Virus record (IMG/VR): IMGVR_UViG_3300037991_005821
Location: 1-36,634 of that record
Reading direction: 5' to 3' (one strand)
Length of the DNA: 36,634 bases
Source: a virus
Lineage: Duplodnaviria; Caudoviricetes
The translations under genes and the position numbers were made by a program. How positions within the stretch are numbered: the first letter of the stretch is position 1; every line of letters begins with the position of its first letter. Below are positions 34,820-36,634 of this stretch, one piece after another. Below the pieces are notes generated by a model. The model saw nothing but the letters and a program-made list of their open reading frames with translations. It was not told where the DNA came from and did no database searches.

Positions 34820-34897
34820 TCACTTCCTTTTCCTAACCTTCATTTTTTTCTTTTTTCTTTTCATTTTCTTTTTGCCATATGATTTTTTACCATACAT
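34820..34897 (-). CDS. 25-aa protamine-like peptide (not in ORF track)
   Basis: GGAGGAG SD; MYGKKSYGKKKMKRKKKKMKVRKRK (16 of 25 residues K/R). Confidence 0.7.
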   Translation of the reverse strand: MYGKKSYGKKKMKRKKKKMKVRKRK

Positions 34898-34914
34898 AAC
34901 TAACTCCTCCCCTT

Positions 34915-36468
34915 TTAATTATAAGCTAAAATCTTAATAGTTGTATTTAATTTCGGATTTACACTTCTTGCACCTATTTGCTGTATTGTGTTTTTTCCAT
35001 TAGTGGTATTAGCATCTACACCTCCTGCATGAGCAGAAGAATGTATAACATTTAAAACAAAATTTGCATTAGGGAGTGAAGTAAATCTAATTTCTCCAGT
35101 TTCATAATTTATTCTACCAGTACCTGCTCCAATCAAATTACCTTGCCCATCATCATACATAAAGGCAGATTTGTTAGGAGAAGCATCATAAGTTTCTTTA
35201 TCATAAACTGTATCATCTGGAAGTTTTGCTGCAACTGCTGCCTCTACATTAGCAACAGCAGGAAATCTACCAACTCCCCAGACATCAGTATCACTTCCAC
35301 TTGAATCTGCTAGTGCTATAGCTGATGTAGATAAATGCTGCCCAGATGTAAATCTAACATCCCCATTTACAATTCCTACAGTAACTCTTTTCTCAAATAA
35401 ATTAGAGCTAGTTGTATAAAACTGTTGATTTAATACATCTTGTATTTTATTAATAACTCCATTTTTTCCACCAAAATTTGTATTAGAAGAATCTGTTGTA
35501 AACGATAAAGAATAAGCACTTCCACCATCTACTGTTATATTAAATTGATATGCAGTAGAGGCTGCTAAACCACTATTAGTATTTGGAGTTATTCCAGATA
35601 ATCCTAATTCTTGATAGCCTGCTTGATAAAATTTAATCCCTACAGAACCTGCTTGCACTCCATCAGATATTGCATCTCCTGTCCTTCCATATCCAAAAAA
35701 GTTTTTAGCATGAAAAACACCATTTTTATCAGTCTGTGCAGTAGAAAATTTATCAAAGTCTGCAACCATATTAAAGAATGGAAATAAGACATCATCATCA
35801 TCTGAATGGTCGCTTGCTGCTGTAGAGCCAAACAATCCCCTCTTAACTGTAAGTGTGCTATTGGCTAAGTCTGCACCTGTTCCAACAGCAGTTACTTCCA
35901 TTATTTCATTAGTACATCTAATTAAATCTCCAACCTTAAAATATTTTGAATGACCACTTTCTAAATAAACTGTAGTATCGCTTGCACTACCGACTATACC
36001 ACTTGCAGTTGTATTGTCTACATCAGCACCACTATCTACATACATATTAGAATTAGGTGCTGTATTATCTACAGTAGTAGCATTTGCTGCTGAGGCATCT
36101 GCATTGTATCCACAAAATCTACCATTTGGAAGATATATAAAATCACCTGCAGGCAAAAGAACAGTAGCATATCTTAAATTTGTAGAGCCTCCTCCAGTAT
36201 CTACTGCATTTGCATCATCTACATTTGAATTATTTTTCCATTCTTGATAAGTAAACTGCACTTCTGCAGGAACATCTCCTTCATTATAAATACAAAATGC
36301 TTTTAAAGAAGGAACTATAGAAGTGCCTTTTGTTGCACTTACACTAAGAATTGTTATAAATCCATCTGTATTATCTACTTCTTGTGTGTTTTCAAATACT
36401 TGATTAAAATTTTTGCTTTTACTAAAAGCATTTTGCCCTAAACTTAAATTTACATTAACATTTGCCAT
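34915..36468 (-). CDS. Virion structural protein (517 aa, multi-domain)
   Basis: Gly/Ser/Thr/Asn-rich; EIMEVT...LTVKRG and GRINYETG modules seen in virion proteins. Confidence 0.65.
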   Translation of the reverse strand: MANVNVNLSLGQNAFSKSKNFNQVFENTQEVDNTDGFITILSVSATKGTSIVPSLKAFCIYNEGDVPAEVQFTYQEWKNNSNVDDANAVDTGGGSTNLRYATVLLPAGDFIYLPNGRFCGYNADASAANATTVDNTAPNSNMYVDSGADVDNTTASGIVGSASDTTVYLESGHSKYFKVGDLIRCTNEIMEVTAVGTGADLANSTLTVKRGLFGSTAASDHSDDDDVLFPFFNMVADFDKFSTAQTDKNGVFHAKNFFGYGRTGDAISDGVQAGSVGIKFYQAGYQELGLSGITPNTNSGLAASTAYQFNITVDGGSAYSLSFTTDSSNTNFGGKNGVINKIQDVLNQQFYTTSSNLFEKRVTVGIVNGDVRFTSGQHLSTSAIALADSSGSDTDVWGVGRFPAVANVEAAVAAKLPDDTVYDKETYDASPNKSAFMYDDGQGNLIGAGTGRINYETGEIRFTSLPNANFVLNVIHSSAHAGGVDANTTNGKNTIQQIGARSVNPKLNTTIKILAYN

Positions 36469-36634
36469 TTTTACTCCTCTACCTTAAATGATACTTTACT
36501 GTTGCATTAATTGAATAATCTGAATTAGCTGAGTCTTGCCTAAATGCAAAGACCAAAACTTTGCCTGCATTTACATCTGCAGACTGAACTGTCATTTGTT
36601 GATAATAATTTTGTTCGTGTCCTGCTGATACTAT
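36140..36634. repeat. Imperfect terminal direct repeat, right copy
   Basis: Aligns to 1-495 without gaps. Confidence 0.95.
36479..36634 (-). CDS. Partial (3' end) allele of the 260-aa protein at 340-1122
   Basis: Ends ...DSANSDYSINATVKYHLR versus DYGIHATVKYHLR in the left copy. Confidence 0.9.
   Translation of the reverse strand: MVSAGHEQNYYQQMTVQSADVNAGKVLVFAFRQDSANSDYSINATVKYHLR

Noticed and set aside
4179-36247. Shadow ORFs in the track (for example 4179-4442, 6412-6654, 6638-6856, 8555-8833, 8872-9066, 10157-10360, 11788-11997, 13289-13519, 14893-15096, 18624-18833, 19115-19426, 20373-21195, 22010-22219, 23158-23340, 26015-26236, 29481-29822, 31077-31442, 31645-31839, 33057-33340, 34532-34750, 35640-35831, 36014-36247)
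   Set aside because: Antisense or out-of-frame overlaps of well-supported genes, with no SD or recognisable motifs
1-36634. Alternative genetic code or stop-codon reassignment
   Set aside because: Core genes are full length under the standard code, and TAA, TAG and TGA all occur at genuine gene ends

Overview
The window is an apparently complete, circularly permuted, AT-rich tailed-phage genome (siphovirus-like, unit length about 36,139 bp). Positions 1-495 repeat at 36140-36634 at only about 91% identity. The minus strand carries the head, lysis, fibre and tail genes: scaffold, major capsid protein, lysozyme, holin-like proteins, tail tube, tail chaperone with a -1 frameshift, tape measure and a dockerin-bearing tail-tip protein. 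A plus-strand TerL-portal block is inverted relative to TerS and the head genes. A plus-strand replication/modification operon encodes an XRE regulator, ERF, SSB-like protein, initiator-like protein, C5 methyltransferase, Holliday junction resolvase and a PAPS-reductase-like protein. No integrase, polymerase or helicase is recognisable. The most unusual part is 12.4-16.1 kb: three Fur-box-like palindromes, then a strong promoter and an extremely AT-rich array of small genes joined by an identical 24-bp translation-start repeat (including a GP88-like Cys-rich protein), then a convergently promoted multi-hairpin non-coding segment. A 100-nt tRNA-like element at 19787-19886 carries an anti-Shine-Dalgarno sequence and a stretch complementary to the array's start repeat. 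Family assignments come from motif recognition only; no searches were run.
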